Source of the DNA: Nymphaea colorata | Taxonomy: Eukaryota | Direction of reading: 5' to 3' | Assembly (NCBI RefSeq): GCF_008831285.2 | Contig: NC_045138.2 | Location: 16,802,001-16,866,000, forward strand | DNA length: 64,000 nucleotides | Part shown: positions 25,794 through 38,568 of the stretch, piece by piece | How positions within the stretch are numbered: position 1 is the stretch's first letter | How the letters are laid out: each line of letters starts with the position of its first letter | Made by a program: the position numbers and the translations under genes | Notes under the pieces: model-generated | Told to the model about the DNA's origin: nothing | Databases searched by the model: none | The model's input: only the letters and a program-made list of their open reading frames with translations

Positions 25794-25961
25794 ACGTCCC
25801 CAGATTGAGTCTCAACTATTGGGAAAGCAGTCATACTTTCTTCGCCTAAATGAGAACTTAGTTTAGCGGCCCTTTCCAAAAAACGGGAATGAAAATAAAA
25901 AACGTCTCCTGGATAAGCTTCACGACCAGGTGGTCTTCTTAATAGAAGGGACATTTGGCGA
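25794..25961 (-). pseudogene. atpA: Plastid atpA fragment within the NUPT
   Basis: Reverse strand reads [54 protein letters not shown]. Confidence 0.9.
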
Positions 25962-26540
25962 ACTTATGACGATTAAACTACTTGGTTATCTTCACAAAAG
26001 AGGCCTTGAGGCGTTCAATTGTTCATAATGGTTTCCATGGTAGTAGGTAGATGGCTGTCAGCACTAGGGATCCGTTTCATAGTTTGGTAAAGTGATCATT
26101 TTTTTTGGTTAGTTCTTCTTAATCTGTCCAATTCAAGCGAAAACCCGTAAACTGGAGGCATTTAATTAAGAAGGTGCATAATGGATATCAAGGCCACTAT
26201 AAGTGACAAGATAAATTCCTAGTTCGACGTTGTTTCTTGACCTCATGACCCATCAAGGTCTAACGGCGTCTTTGGATGACGGACACCCTTATAGAAAGCT
26301 GTATTGAAAAAATTGGTTTTGGGAAAAATCGGGTTTTAGATCATTTTTCTAAAAATTGGTTTCCAGATCATTTTCTCTTCATTAGAACTCAAATATTTCG
26401 TTTGTCAAGCAAGAAGAGAGGGATGAATCGCGCTATCATACTAATGAAAACCAACTTTACCTTTCAAACAACAATTATGACCAGAGTGCCTACACCAGCC
26501 TTTTAAAATTCCTTTAGTTTTAATGGGCATCTTTAAATCT

Positions 26541-26542
<2 letters not shown>

Positions 26543-26631
<89 letters not shown>
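26543..26631. repeat. Long (TA)n microsatellite, part of a small local duplication (second TA run ~26683-26716)
   Basis: aatgggcatctttaaatctttc(TA)n-agtaagtactgcaccaaatatgagt occurs twice. Confidence 0.9.
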
Positions 26632-26633
<2 letters not shown>

Positions 26634-26679
26634 TAAGTACTGCACCAAATATGAGTTTTAAATGGGCATCTTTAAATCT

Positions 26680-26718
<39 letters not shown>

Positions 26719-27672
26719 TAAGTACTGCACCAAATATGAGTATTTTCACCGACGATGACATTTCCTTTTCTCATTTCTAATACAAAAAAACGGCTCTCAG
26801 GACATAATCGAGTTCCAGCACTGAAATTAGAAGTCCTAGATAATGTCCTCATTTCTGTGAGCGCTATGCTTTCTTGGGCTTATGCAGAAGCTGGTGCTCA
26901 TCTTGTTCGAATGATAATGGAACAACTCTCTTTTGGACTGGACGAGAGAAATATTTCAGATAAATCTGAACTTCTACATAGTTTCAAAAAATTCATTGAA
27001 TTTATTTTTGCCCGTTGCTTGCAAATGCCAACTGCTCGCAGGCATTTTAACAAGTCATCAGGCTGAGAATGGCATGTTTTGAGTTGAAGTCGCTCTCTTT
27101 GGCTCTTATAATAAGCAAAAAACTATCTTTGAATAAGAAAATTTAGAAATGCAAACATCTATATGCCTATGAATGGTTTATCATAGGCTCTCATCCCACA
27201 ATGTGGGAAAATGAGAAAAATAGATAACACGTACCTTCGCATGCATGAAAAATGGCAAAGAACAAACTTAAAGACACTTTTTTTCATTACAAGAAGAAAA
27301 CACACAATACAACTTACAATCCCCAAGACATACCACACAACTTCCAACCCGAAACATGTATTTATTTTCCCAAGACTATAAACGCCCGACTCTTAACTTC
27401 CATCATGGTGATCCATGACGGCCACTACACGCACACACGACACAAACACGAGAAAACAGACAACTGACCGAGTTACATAAAGCAAGACATCAACACAAAC
27501 ACGAGACGACAGACAACTGACCGAGTTACATAGACAACAACACAAACACGAGACCACCAACAACAGACCCGGGGACTCATGCACGCTGAGTAGCCATGAC
27601 ACAGCACCGCCCTTAACATTTTTGCCACAAGTTTCCGCCACTGACGTTCACAAGGACGGTCTGCAACACAGT

Positions 27673-28107
27673 CTAAGAGTCTCCTCCACTAAGCTGCCTC
27701 AGCAGCCTCCTGATGGCGGCAGCTTGGGCACTGTCCATGTTGGCCAACTGACCGGCGATCCTCTGGCTGAGGTCACCCACCTGATTCTGCAAGTCCCTGA
27801 TGTAGTTGCAGATCTCGTCCAACGCCCTCTCTGGCGTTACCTGCACCACCACCCACCACCAACACACTCAGAATACTTCCATTAAAACTAAAGATAAAGG
27901 GAGGAAAAGTGAAAGAAGCGAAACAGAAGGAAAGAATGCCGATCAACCAACCTCGTTCGCGGGCCTGTTGCGAAGCTCTGGTATCAACGCCCGCAGGTTG
28001 TTTATGAGCTCTCTTTGCTGCTCATCGGACATCCTTGGAGTTGAAGAAGTGCTAGATCGTCCGCGTGAACTTGATCGCCCGCGTGATCTTGATCTCCTGC
28101 CAGACAT
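27673..28107 (-). CDS. PRE/ILI-family atypical (non-DNA-binding) HLH protein, type A copy 1 (107 aa)
   Basis: Exon 1 28107-27952, exon 2 27840-27673 (GT-AG intron in the HLH loop). MSGRRSRS...PRMSDEQQRELINNLRALIPELRNRPANE|VTPERALDEICNYIRDLQNQVGDLSQRIAGQLANMDSAQAAAIRRLL aligns with PRE1-type MSxRRSR...ISDxQIxxLxxKLxxLLPE...VLQETCNYIRxLxREVDDLSERLxxLL...AAxIRSLL. TATA-like TATTTAA at ~28231-28225. Confidence 0.88.
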
Positions 28108-28439
28108 CTCGCCGGATAGTGGGTGTCTAGTTCTTGGCTTACTATCAAAAGCAGCAGCCTGAGTCAAGAGAGAGGAGCGAGGAAGGCAGTGTTCGTGGGG
28201 AGGAGCCATGGCCTGAGGTTGGTATTAAATAAGGTTGTCGAGAGGGAATCATATTCGAGAGATCAACCAGGAACACCCCTGATGACAAAGCAGAAAGATC
28301 GAAATATGATTGTCATGGATGGCAGAAACAAGAAATATCTACAAGGCTTCGCTGTTCATTAAATTAAAGAGAACTTCAAAGATTTTTTCCTGATTTATAC
28401 TAAGATTTTGCTAAGCACCAAAGTCATTTCTTACTGTCA

Positions 28440-29165
28440 CTCGAACCTGCATTTTGGTATTCAGATACGTTTTTTGTTCGACTTGAAGACAAAATTTGGA
28501 ATTCAATTTGAAAGATGCAAATTAATCCAATCATCATGTAGGAGTATTCAGATCTTTCTTGATTCACTTGGAGCCAAACTAGGATCTGAGTATGGAAATT
28601 GAGATCCGATTTTAATTGCAATTGTGCATTTGGAAAAAAAGAATCAAGGATTTATTAGTTTCAGTGAGAAATGATCCAATAAAAGAGTCTGCAATTGGCA
28701 AGCATCTGCTACCCCTGCTCCCTCAAAGCATTACAGCCGATTGGATTCAAATCAAGCCTTTTATATCCATGCAGGACTATTCAAGTATTTCCTAATTCAA
28801 CTTAAACAAAAAGCCTTTGATTTGAATAGAAAAAAGCAAAATCCAGGTTCAACTGCAACTGTACATTTGGAAAAATCAAATATTTTTTGTTTCCAGATAT
28901 CTCTTAATTCAATTGGAAACCACATTTGGATTTGAATATAGTGAAAAAATAAAAAACCAATTTTTATCTGAAATTGTTCCTTTGAAAAATCAAATATTTA
29001 TTAGTTTTTGAGAAGGAGGAGTATTTCAATCTACCAAACAGAAGAAAGCCAAAGCTCATGCTCAATCTCTATTCCCCTATGGTACAAGTATTAATAATGC
29101 CATATTACTAGTAATCCATTACAAGCATTTCCTGTCCCCGCTCCCTCAAAGGATGCCAACCGATA
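28440..29165 (+). repeat. Long repeat arm upstream of PRE A1 (internal subrepeats); inverted copies at ~37305-37715 and ~63110-63395
   Basis: 28448 gcattttggtattcagatacgttttttgttcgacttgaagacaaaattt is the reverse complement of ~63335-63381; 29117 ccattacaagcatttcctgtccccgctccctcaaaggatgccaac is the reverse complement of ~37314-37357. Confidence 0.75.
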
Positions 29166-29629
29166 GGTACTGAAAGGGAATATTCTAAAATATATCATAT
29201 ACCTGCTTTCAAGTAAATATTCAAGGGAAAATAATTTGAGGAGCCTTGATCGAAATATTATATTTCTAAGTTTATAAGGAAGCTTCCCCTCGCTTATTCT
29301 AGAATGTAATTGTAAAATGAGACGTGATGAGATATTTTCCGGGGTAGGGAACTCTTTTTCTGAAACTTATAAATCTGATTGCAAAACAAGTCAGATCCAA
29401 ATCCATTGTCACATCCAAGAACCAACATGTTTGCAATAAGTAAATTATGTAAATTCTAAATGAGTTAAATTCAATATATTGACATCTGGGTTTGCTCCTC
29501 ACAACTTGTAGTCATATACATTGCATTGAGTAGTGGGTTTATACATGCAAGGACACAACAAACATTTTTAACATGCATTTTATAGTGTCTAACTAAGAAA
29601 ACTTGCTCAACTAAATAGCACGTCCTATA

Positions 29630-30045
29630 ACGTCCGAGATAATGAAAGAAGCAGAGACCGAACAAGTGTCATATAGCATTTGAGATGAATAACTGGCAAG
29701 ATGCCCTATAGCGTTTGAAATAACTAAAGTGGTATGAAATAATAAAAGGAGATGACCAAACAACAACGGTATGAGATAAGGAACTAGGTTGTATAGCATA
29801 AGAGATAAAGACATGGGTATGAGATAACGAAACAAGACTCATAACATCTGAAATAACCACAGAAGTATGAGATATGGAAACATGTCTTATAGTACCTGAG
29901 ATAACGACATGAGTATGAGATGAGAAAACATGTCTTATAATGTATGAGATAATGATAAGGGTATGTGATAACCAAACATCTTATATAGTGTCAGAAATAA
30001 CAAAAGGGGTCTAAGATAATGACAAAGGTATGAGATAAAGAAAAG
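29630..30045. repeat. Degenerate minisatellite (~48-bp period, GATAA-rich); paralog ~47710-48115
   Basis: Repeated gtatgagataa(g/c)gaaacatgtcttatagtacctgagataacgacatga-like units. Confidence 0.7.
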
Positions 30046-31626
30046 GTGGAGACAAAAACAAACAAAGAGGTATATTGGTCATAACGACGTGTATATACAA
30101 ACTTACACAATCATTCCCACCTTCGCATCAGGGCATGCTTGATTAAAGTAAATTCATTGGTAGCCAATCTCGATTCTGTTGTCAAATCTCAAAACCTTCG
30201 ATTACTATGTGGCAGCATCACAAGCCTATGTACAAAATTTTCGCGCACCATGAAAGTGTATATAACCCTCTTCGCGTGTACATAAGATGGCACAAGTTGA
30301 TTAACCCAAAAATCAAACACATGAACATAATGAACACGATACATATCCACTTCCATCATGTCATCATGTGAGCATGACAGATTAACATGCATACTAACCA
30401 TTTCAGTATACATCACGCATAAGTGAGCATTGGTGATCATGTGCATGGATGCCAACAAACAAAACTGAGGAACGGATGTTAGAAACTAAGACAATCATAC
30501 TGATATTAATCGTGCGTCCTGATAACAATCAATCACACTAATTAGGCACGTACATATAACATGCTTGATTACAATGAAAGCGGGAATAGAGAGAGACAAC
30601 GTACTCTCCTGACCAGAAAAGTTCCACGGAATATTGGAAATGAAAGAGAGTGGAAAAACAAACATTGATGCGGAAGAGATAGAAGAAACAAGAAGATTGA
30701 GGAAGAGCGCGCCAAGCAAAGAGAGAACACACTAAAAAATCTTAAGGTGGTTTTCCCACCCATTAAGAAAACATATGATTTGGTCAATAGTTTATAATAG
30801 TGCAGACATTAATGTCTTTCTATATATATCAATAATTAATGTCCCGTTTTCATTATATAGCACATTGTTTCTGGTTTGCTGCTTTACTTCTTTGGTCTGC
30901 GAGCGCGTTGTTTTGGGTCTTATGGAGCAACTTTTCATCTTCTCTCTCAGTGGCAGGGGTCATGACTCCACCTCTGGTCATTTAAAAAATTAAAAAAAAT
31001 ACATATAAATTTTAAATTTTTTAATTTAACCTATATAAAAAAATTTAAAAATTATATTTCGGCCCTCATTTTAATGAAAAATTAATTTCCAACTCCACTC
31101 CTGTCTACAAGTTGAGGAAAACAAGCCGTCGTTAACGACTTTGTACTCTCTTCAATCCACTATAGCTTAAGGTAAAGCTAAATTTGTAGAGGAACAAAAT
31201 GGCAAGCCTTCATGGACATTGGTGATTAAATTTGGCACTGTAAGATCAGGAATGTATGTCTTCTTGTGCATAACATTGGTGATTAAATTTTCATTCCCTT
31301 CAAAATAAGGACATATGCACTTGGTTTGGGTTTAATATATTTTATTTTGTTTGTCAACAATATCCTTTCTTCCTTATAAGGATTCGTTTTATGGATTTAT
31401 TAGTTATGACTTGTGACTCTTACCACTTTGTGTTTGGTAGCTGGGCATATGTTTTGTCTACTTAGATATTTGTATGAAGAAAATGAAAAAAATGAAAGCA
31501 GTTATGAAATTTTGTTAGTATGATTAGATAGCTGAGACGATGAATGAACCAACTAATGGATGAACAAGAAAAAAAATGAAGAATGTAAGAGGTGAAGAAT
31601 TAGCACAAAACAAACATTGTGGCCCG

Positions 31627-34600
31627 TGTTGGTTTATGGAACTTGATCCATATTGGACACTCATATGCAATACCGAGGACAAATGTAAGGACATTTATGT
31701 CATTTTGTATAAATGCGGGTTTGCCCTAATCCTTATGTTGTGAGGGGAACCACAGTTTCTTTTTTGGTATTCTCTATGAGAGTGTCTGTGTTCATCTGAT
31801 AGTGAATAGTGAAAGATTGGTGTGACTGTGGACGTAGTAGATTATTGCTCCGAACCACATAAATCTTTGTCTTCTTCCTTGTTGCTTCTATCGCCCTCTT
31901 GAAAGGACGAGAGGAGAGTTTTGTGTGTTGTTCCTAACAACTGGTATCAGAGCTCGGTTCGTTCGCGATAGGAACAATAGCACTAGAAGAAGGAAAAGTC
32001 AGAATCGAGAAGTTCGACGGTAAAGACTTCGGATTCTGGAAGATGCAGATCGAGGACTATTTGTATCAAAAGAAACTGCATAAACCACTCATGGGAGCGA
32101 AGCATACAACAATGGCTGATGCAGATTGGTAGTTGGTGGATAAACAAGCCCTTAGAGTCATCCAGTTGACGGTGGCCAGAAACGTCGCCTTCAACATTGT
32201 TAACAATAAGACGACAGCAAGTCTGATGAAGACACTAACAGATATGTACGAAAAACCCTCTGCTTCGAATAAGGTATATCTGATGCGTCGATTATTTAAT
32301 TTGAAAATGGCTGAAGGTGCCTCTGTTACGGATCACATAAATGAGTTCAATGTTATTACTTCTCAATTATGTTCTGTACATATTAAATTTGATGATGAGG
32401 TTCAAGCCCTAATTTTACTGTCATCTCTATCGGAGAGTTGGAGTGCCACTGTGAATACCGTGAGTAGTTCATCGGGGTCAAGTAAATTGAAGTTTATTGG
32501 TGTTCGAGATTTAATACTTAGTGAGGACATTCGCAAAAGAGAGGCAGGAAAACCTCTCGATTCTGCCCTAAATGTTTAAAACAGGGGCAAAACTAATCAA
32601 CGCTACCAAGAGCGTGGAAGGTCCAAATCTAAGAGAAGGAGTCAATTCAAACATCGAAGTGATGGCTGTTGGAACTATGGTAAGCCAGACCACCGAAAAA
32701 GAGACTGCAGGTTGTTGAAGAAGAAGAACCCAAATCGTGAGGATGATTAAACAAATGCAACAGCAGAATATATAACTGATGCACTTGCTTTGAGTGTACA
32801 CAGCTCTATAGAGTTTTGGATTTTAGACTCTGGTGCATCTTTTCATTCAACATATTCTAATGAAAGTATGCATAACTATGTTGCAGGAAAATTTGGCAGA
32901 GTATACCTTGCAGATGATGAATCTCTGGATATTGTAGGAAAATGTGAGGTTCACATTAAAATGCTGAATGGACATGTATGGAAGTTAAAATATGTCAGAG
33001 ATGTCCTAGGGTTGAAGAAGAATCTCATTTCGGTCAGACGGTTAGATGACGAAGGCTATGTTACTACCTTTGTTGGCGGATCTTGGAAGATAACCAAAGG
33101 TGCCATGGTTATAACACGAGGTCATAAACTTGGTACATTGTACATGACTGCAGATGTGAAAGACACAGTGGCTGTGGTAAAATGTGAGAATAAATCCTTG
33201 TTGTGACATTGGAGGCTTGGGCATAACAGTGAGAAGGGAATGAAGATCATGACAACAAGTAACAAGTTGCATGACTTGAAATCTATAAACATTGGGCTAT
33301 GTGAAGACTGTGTCTTCGGGAAATAGAAAATAGTCACTTTCTCCAAAGTTGGATGGCCTCCTAAGAAAGAAAAGTTAGAGTTGGTGCATATGATGTTTGG
33401 GGACCAGCTCCAGTTCATTCTCTTGGATGATCTTTATACTATGTCACATTCATTGATGATTGTACCAGAAATGTATGAGTATATTTTCTCAAGCATAAAT
33501 CTGACGTGTTTAATGTTTTTAAAAGGTGGAAAGCAGAAGTAGAAAATCAGACTGGAAAAAAGATTAAGTGTCTATGGTCAGACAATGGAGGTGAGTATGA
33601 CAGTAAAGAGTTTAAAGACTTTTGTGCAGATCATGAGATTCAAACACAAAGGACGATCCCTAAAAAGCCATGACAAAATGGAGTTGCTGAAAGAATGAAC
33701 AGAACCCTTTGTGAAAGTGCAAGGAGCATGAGACTGCATTCAGGCTTGCCAAAGATTTTTTGGGCTGATGCAATCAATACAGCTGCATACTTGATAAATC
33801 GTGAGCCTTCTGTTCATTTGGACTATGGAATACTTGAATAAGCCTGGAAAGACAAGAAGGTAAATCTTGCGCACTTAAGAGTCTTTGATTGTGTCTCTTA
33901 CATATATATAGACTTGGATAAAAGGGATAAATTAGACTTTAAGTCCAGGAATTGTTATTTCATTGGTTATGGAAATAATGAGTTTGAGTATCGTTTTTTG
34001 GATGATAAAGTGAAGAAAATTATTAGACATAATGACGTAGTGTCCAATGAAATGGCTCTGTACAAAGACATGGATAGTTTTATGTATGATAAGAATGAAC
34101 ATCATGACACAAGTGAAGACATTGTAGAACTTCAAGATGTCTGTGAAGATGATGTTACAATTAAGATTCACGATGGAAACAGTCAGATGAACCAAGAACT
34201 AAGCACATCCCAACTTTCATTGAGGAGATCAAGTAGAAGACCAAAACGAAAACGAATGTATTCTTCTTATTTACATTACTTACTGTTAACTGATGCCGGA
34301 GAACCCGAGTGTTTTGATGAAGCAATGCAGGTTACAGATTCAATTAAGTGGGAGTCAGCTATGAAAGAAGATATTGACTCTCTACATGCTAACAGAGCAT
34401 GAAAACTAATTGAGCTTCATTGTAGGAAGAAGACATTGCAAAACAAATGAGCATACATGATTAAAGAAGAAGCAGATGGAAGAAAAATGTATAAAGCAAG
34501 GTTAATAGTGAAAGGTTTTCAACAGAAAGAAGGTATAGATTATACAAAAAATTTCTCTCATGTTGTAAAACTAACTATTATAAGATTGGTATTAAGTTTA

Positions 34601-35913
34601 GTTGCAACTGAAAATTTATATTTGAAGCAACTAGATATAAAAACTGCATTCCTTCATGGGGATTTGAAGGAAGATATTTATATGGTGTAACATGAAGGTT
34701 TTCAAGTACGAGAAAATGAAAGCCTTGTATGCAAGTTAGAGAAGAGTCTATATGGTTTAAAACAAGTATCGAGATAGTGGTACAAAAAGTTTGATAACTT
34801 CATGGGGAGAAATGCCTTTAAGAAGTGTGATATGGATCACTGTTGCTATTTTAAGAACTTTTATAGTTGTTATATCATTTTACTATTATATGTGGATGAT
34901 ATGCTTATTGTAAGCTCAAATTTGTAAAAGATCAATTTTTTGAAAGAACAACTATCAAAAGATTTTGAAATGAAAAATCTAGGTACAGCGAAACAAATCC
35001 TCAAGATAAGAATTAGTAGGGATAGTAAGACATGTATTTTAAATTTGACTCAACAAAATTATATTGAGAAGATCTTGTGCAGGTTTAAGATGCAAGATGC
35101 TAAACCTGTTAGTACGCATTTTGCTAGTCATTTCAAATTGTCCAAGGATTTATCACCCAAGACAGATGAAGAGCGTGAAGAAATGTCAAGGATTCTATAT
35201 GCTTCAACAGTGGGTAGCTTGATGTATGTTATGGTATGCACCAGACTAAGTATAGCACAAGCAGTGGGAGCAGTAAGCAGATACATAGATGAGCGTGGAA
35301 AGAAACATTGGGAGGCTGTGAAGTGGATATTACGATATTTGAAAGGAACTTCAGGTATGTGCCTTTCTTTTAAGAAAAATGAATTACTTTTGCATGGCAG
35401 GAGAAGCACCAGTAGGTACATTTACACCATAGGAGGAACCCGTGTTAGTTGGGTTTCACGGTTTCAAAAGGTTGTTGCGTTGTCTACTACTGAAACTGAA
35501 TGTATTGCAGTTATAGAAGCCATTAAAGAGATGATTTGGCTAAAGACTATTCTAAAAAAATTGCATGTAAAGGAAGAGAAGAGTGTTCTCTCTTGTGACA
35601 GTCAACGTGCAATTCATTTAGCCAAGAACCCAGTGTTCCATGCTAGAACAAAACATATTGAATTGAAGTATCATTTCATTATAGATTTGTTGAAAGAGAA
35701 GATACTATCTCTTGAAAAGATTCGTGGAACAGAGAATCCAGCAGACATGTTGACAAAGCCAATGACTGCTGAGAAACTGAAATTATGTTTAACCTCAGTT
35801 GGTCTCCAAGGTTGATTGATGAGGAGGCGTCGCACAATCTTTGTCTTCTTCCTTGTTGCTTCTATCCCCCTCCTGAAAGGACGAGATGAGAGTTTTGTGT
35901 GTTCTTCCTAACA
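31627..35913 (+). mobile_element. Ty1/copia LTR retrotransposon (Tnt1-like), inactive, 3' LTR mostly deleted
   Basis: 5' LTR 31627-31939 (TG...CA), PBS TGGTATCAGAGC (tRNA-iMet) at 31942, gag-PR-INT-RT-RH order with many stops (WILDSGASFH, YVDD, HARTKHIELKYHF), residual 3' LTR ~35836-35913, 5-bp TSD GCCCG. Confidence 0.95.
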
Positions 35914-38568
35914 GCCCGATCGATCAAAAGTTATACATTAAGTCATCGTACAATATATTCTTGTTGAGATATTCATTTCGAGGTCTGGTTCATCTTTCCT
36001 GTTCCAATTTCAGGCATTTGAGGCCAATAGAATTGGCAATTTGGATTCCTGTCAAACGTTGTTTATTATTGGGGAGAAGATTTCCATGATCTAACATAAA
36101 ATTGGCAGCAGATGATTGAACTAAGTCCTCCACTTCCAGCTTCAGCTTGGATAGGAATTGTGTGCGCAAAACCAAAGTACTTCGTTTACTGAGTTTTTAT
36201 AAATCTTACCTTGCAGATTATTAAGGTTGTTCAGGGAGCAGCTTATGCATCAATAGACACGTGCGTGGTTCAAAGCACTCTTATAGAATACAACTAATGC
36301 AATCTCTAGTTACATTGTCACCCGTCTGAGTAAATTTCATGTATGTCAAAAACAATTACATGGAAAAACTAAACTATGTTATTAATGAGTTCTCCGACTT
36401 ACTCCGGGAGAGAAAATAGCTATGTTGCTTTTGATCTTGGGTAATTTAAATGGGGGATCACAACTTACCAATTTTGTTTTAACACCGGAAAGTTTTGAAT
36501 TATAAAATCCCATCCTTGTAATCCAATTCTACCAGGTAAGTCTGTTGAGACCTCAATCACAAGTATCAAAGCACCATATTCTACGATTGAGAGAGTAGGC
36601 TTTTCTGATTTTGACGTGGAATAATCAGAAGAAGAGAGAAAATGTGAAGCTTAAGAGACATTCAATTGAAAAGTTTTGGAGGACAGCTTCAATGAAGAAT
36701 CAAGAGCCAGTGGATTCATGAGGAAGGAGAACCTCTTTCTCGTCAGCCTAACTTTTTCTTGGCTGCAGTTCATAACATGCTCCGTGTATATGAATTGATA
36801 AGTGGGAGGTGTAGCCTAACGCTCACATATTTGAAAAATGGTGGAGATTCAGCGTTCTCTGTTAAGTGACCTTGAGGAAGTGCCCTTTATTAGAAACCGT
36901 CTATGGGACAGAGCTGAGAAATATGTTATGTACAAATCAAATGTAAGATAGAACAGACAGAATAGGCAAACATGTTCTCTGCGAACTAAACGGAACAAAC
37001 ATTCCTAATTTCATCAAACAATTAACAGATAGAGAACTGGTCTGTCCAACGGACAAGATGGTGGTGTAAAGAACAGGACGTCCTACCGTCCTGTCCTCTC
37101 GAACATGATTCAAACGACCTCATAAGAAAACTGACTTACACTACACAACTGGTTATTGATGGTTTTTGTTTGGGGGGCAGCACTCAAAGAGAATTTAGAG
37201 GCGCTTTCTGCAAAACGTCATTGAACATCTAACTTTTATTGATGTCCCTTTATTTGACGTCAGTAAATTTACATCTTCGGCACTCCATTATTATTTCCAT
37301 CATCCAATTATCTGTTGGCATCCTTAGAGGGAGCGGGGAAGGAGATGCTTGTAATGGTGCATATCACTGTTGTTGGATTTTTTTTAATTGAAACCAATAA
37401 ATAAAATTGATTTTTTTTTGAAAGCACAATTACCGCTAAATTTGGATTTTGCCTTTCGCATCATATTCAAATCCAAGTTGGTCTTAATGTCGAATTAAGA
37501 TATATCTGAATAATACTAACTGATCATAAACGTACCCAATGTGAATTCAAGAAGTTGGCATCCTCATTATTGGATTCTTTTTCAGTCAAACCAATGAATA
37601 TTTCGATTCCTTCAAAGGTACAATTACACTTGAAATTGGATTTTTCCTTTTTTGTGTTCAAATTCAAGTTCGCTTTCAAGTTAAATTAAGACATAGTTGA
37701 ATAGTCCTGGATGTCAATTGATCAGATGTCAATCAGATATACCTTTAATTATATAAATTATATATACTTTTGTGGATATTCACATATGTAGATTTGAATG
37801 CGAAGAAAGAAAAACTTTATCCAAATCCAAATCAGTTTGCAATTTTTGAATTAAATTTAGCCGATTCTAAATGTAAGAGTATTGAATATATGATAGTTAT
37901 TTAAAACTAAACCACAAACAAATCCAAATTCGAATCCGATTGAATGTCATTTCTTAATTCAAATATGAACTGATTTGTTGACTAGATATTAATTTTTTTT
38001 CCAGATCTGATTTTTTCTAAACTGTTTGGTAAAATATTCTGTCCATATTTGAGATATTGACATCCCTACATTACTTAATTTTAAGAAACACCTAAAACTA
38101 ATGCCCTGTTCTTGAAAAAATGTTGGCATTCCTAGGGGACACCTAAAACGGTAGCAGGAGTCTAAAGAAAGAACGCCAAATCCACTAACGAAGAAACCTT
38201 GGAATGTCGCATGCACGAAAAGATTGTCGAAGAAGACACGATATTTTATAGACGAACTTCAACTTCAAAGCACCTTTTCCCATCACAAGAAGACAGACCA
38301 AGCAACCTTCACAATCTCCAATCCCCAGGACAAACCAGAGACAGAATTTACCCCAATACCAAAAACTCACGACTCTAACTTCTATCATAAGGATTCATGA
38401 CGGCCACTACACCCGTGCATGTTAAAAAGCAAGACAACAACACAAACACGGGACTACAAATGACTGACCCGGTTACCCATGCACAACGGGTAGCCATCAC
38501 ACAACATTGACCCCAAAATACATCTTGCCACAATTTTCAACCATGAACATGCATAAGGACCGTTTGCA

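Larger units (their letters stand above)
25272..25961. other. Mosaic nuclear plastid DNA insertion (NUPT), ~690 bp
   Basis: Contains pieces of chloroplast trnR-ACG, ycf2 (two pieces in opposite orientation) and atpA. The paralogous site at ~44116 is empty (tcgttatagct|gat|cttatgac). Confidence 0.92.

Noticed and set aside
26755..27066. 103-aa ORF nearly identical in both duplicates (also 44823-45134)
   Set aside because: No recognisable motif. Conservation is explained by the near-identical surrounding DNA.
28108..28209. Upstream in-frame ATG extending PRE A by 34 aa (MAPPHEHC...)
   Set aside because: The ATG lies only ~15 bp downstream of the TATA-like box, so probably upstream of the TSS. 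The homologous region in type B is not an in-frame extension.
29630..30045. CRISPR-like appearance of regularly spaced repeats
   Set aside because: Units are degenerate tandem repeats without unique spacers, in eukaryotic DNA with no cas genes.
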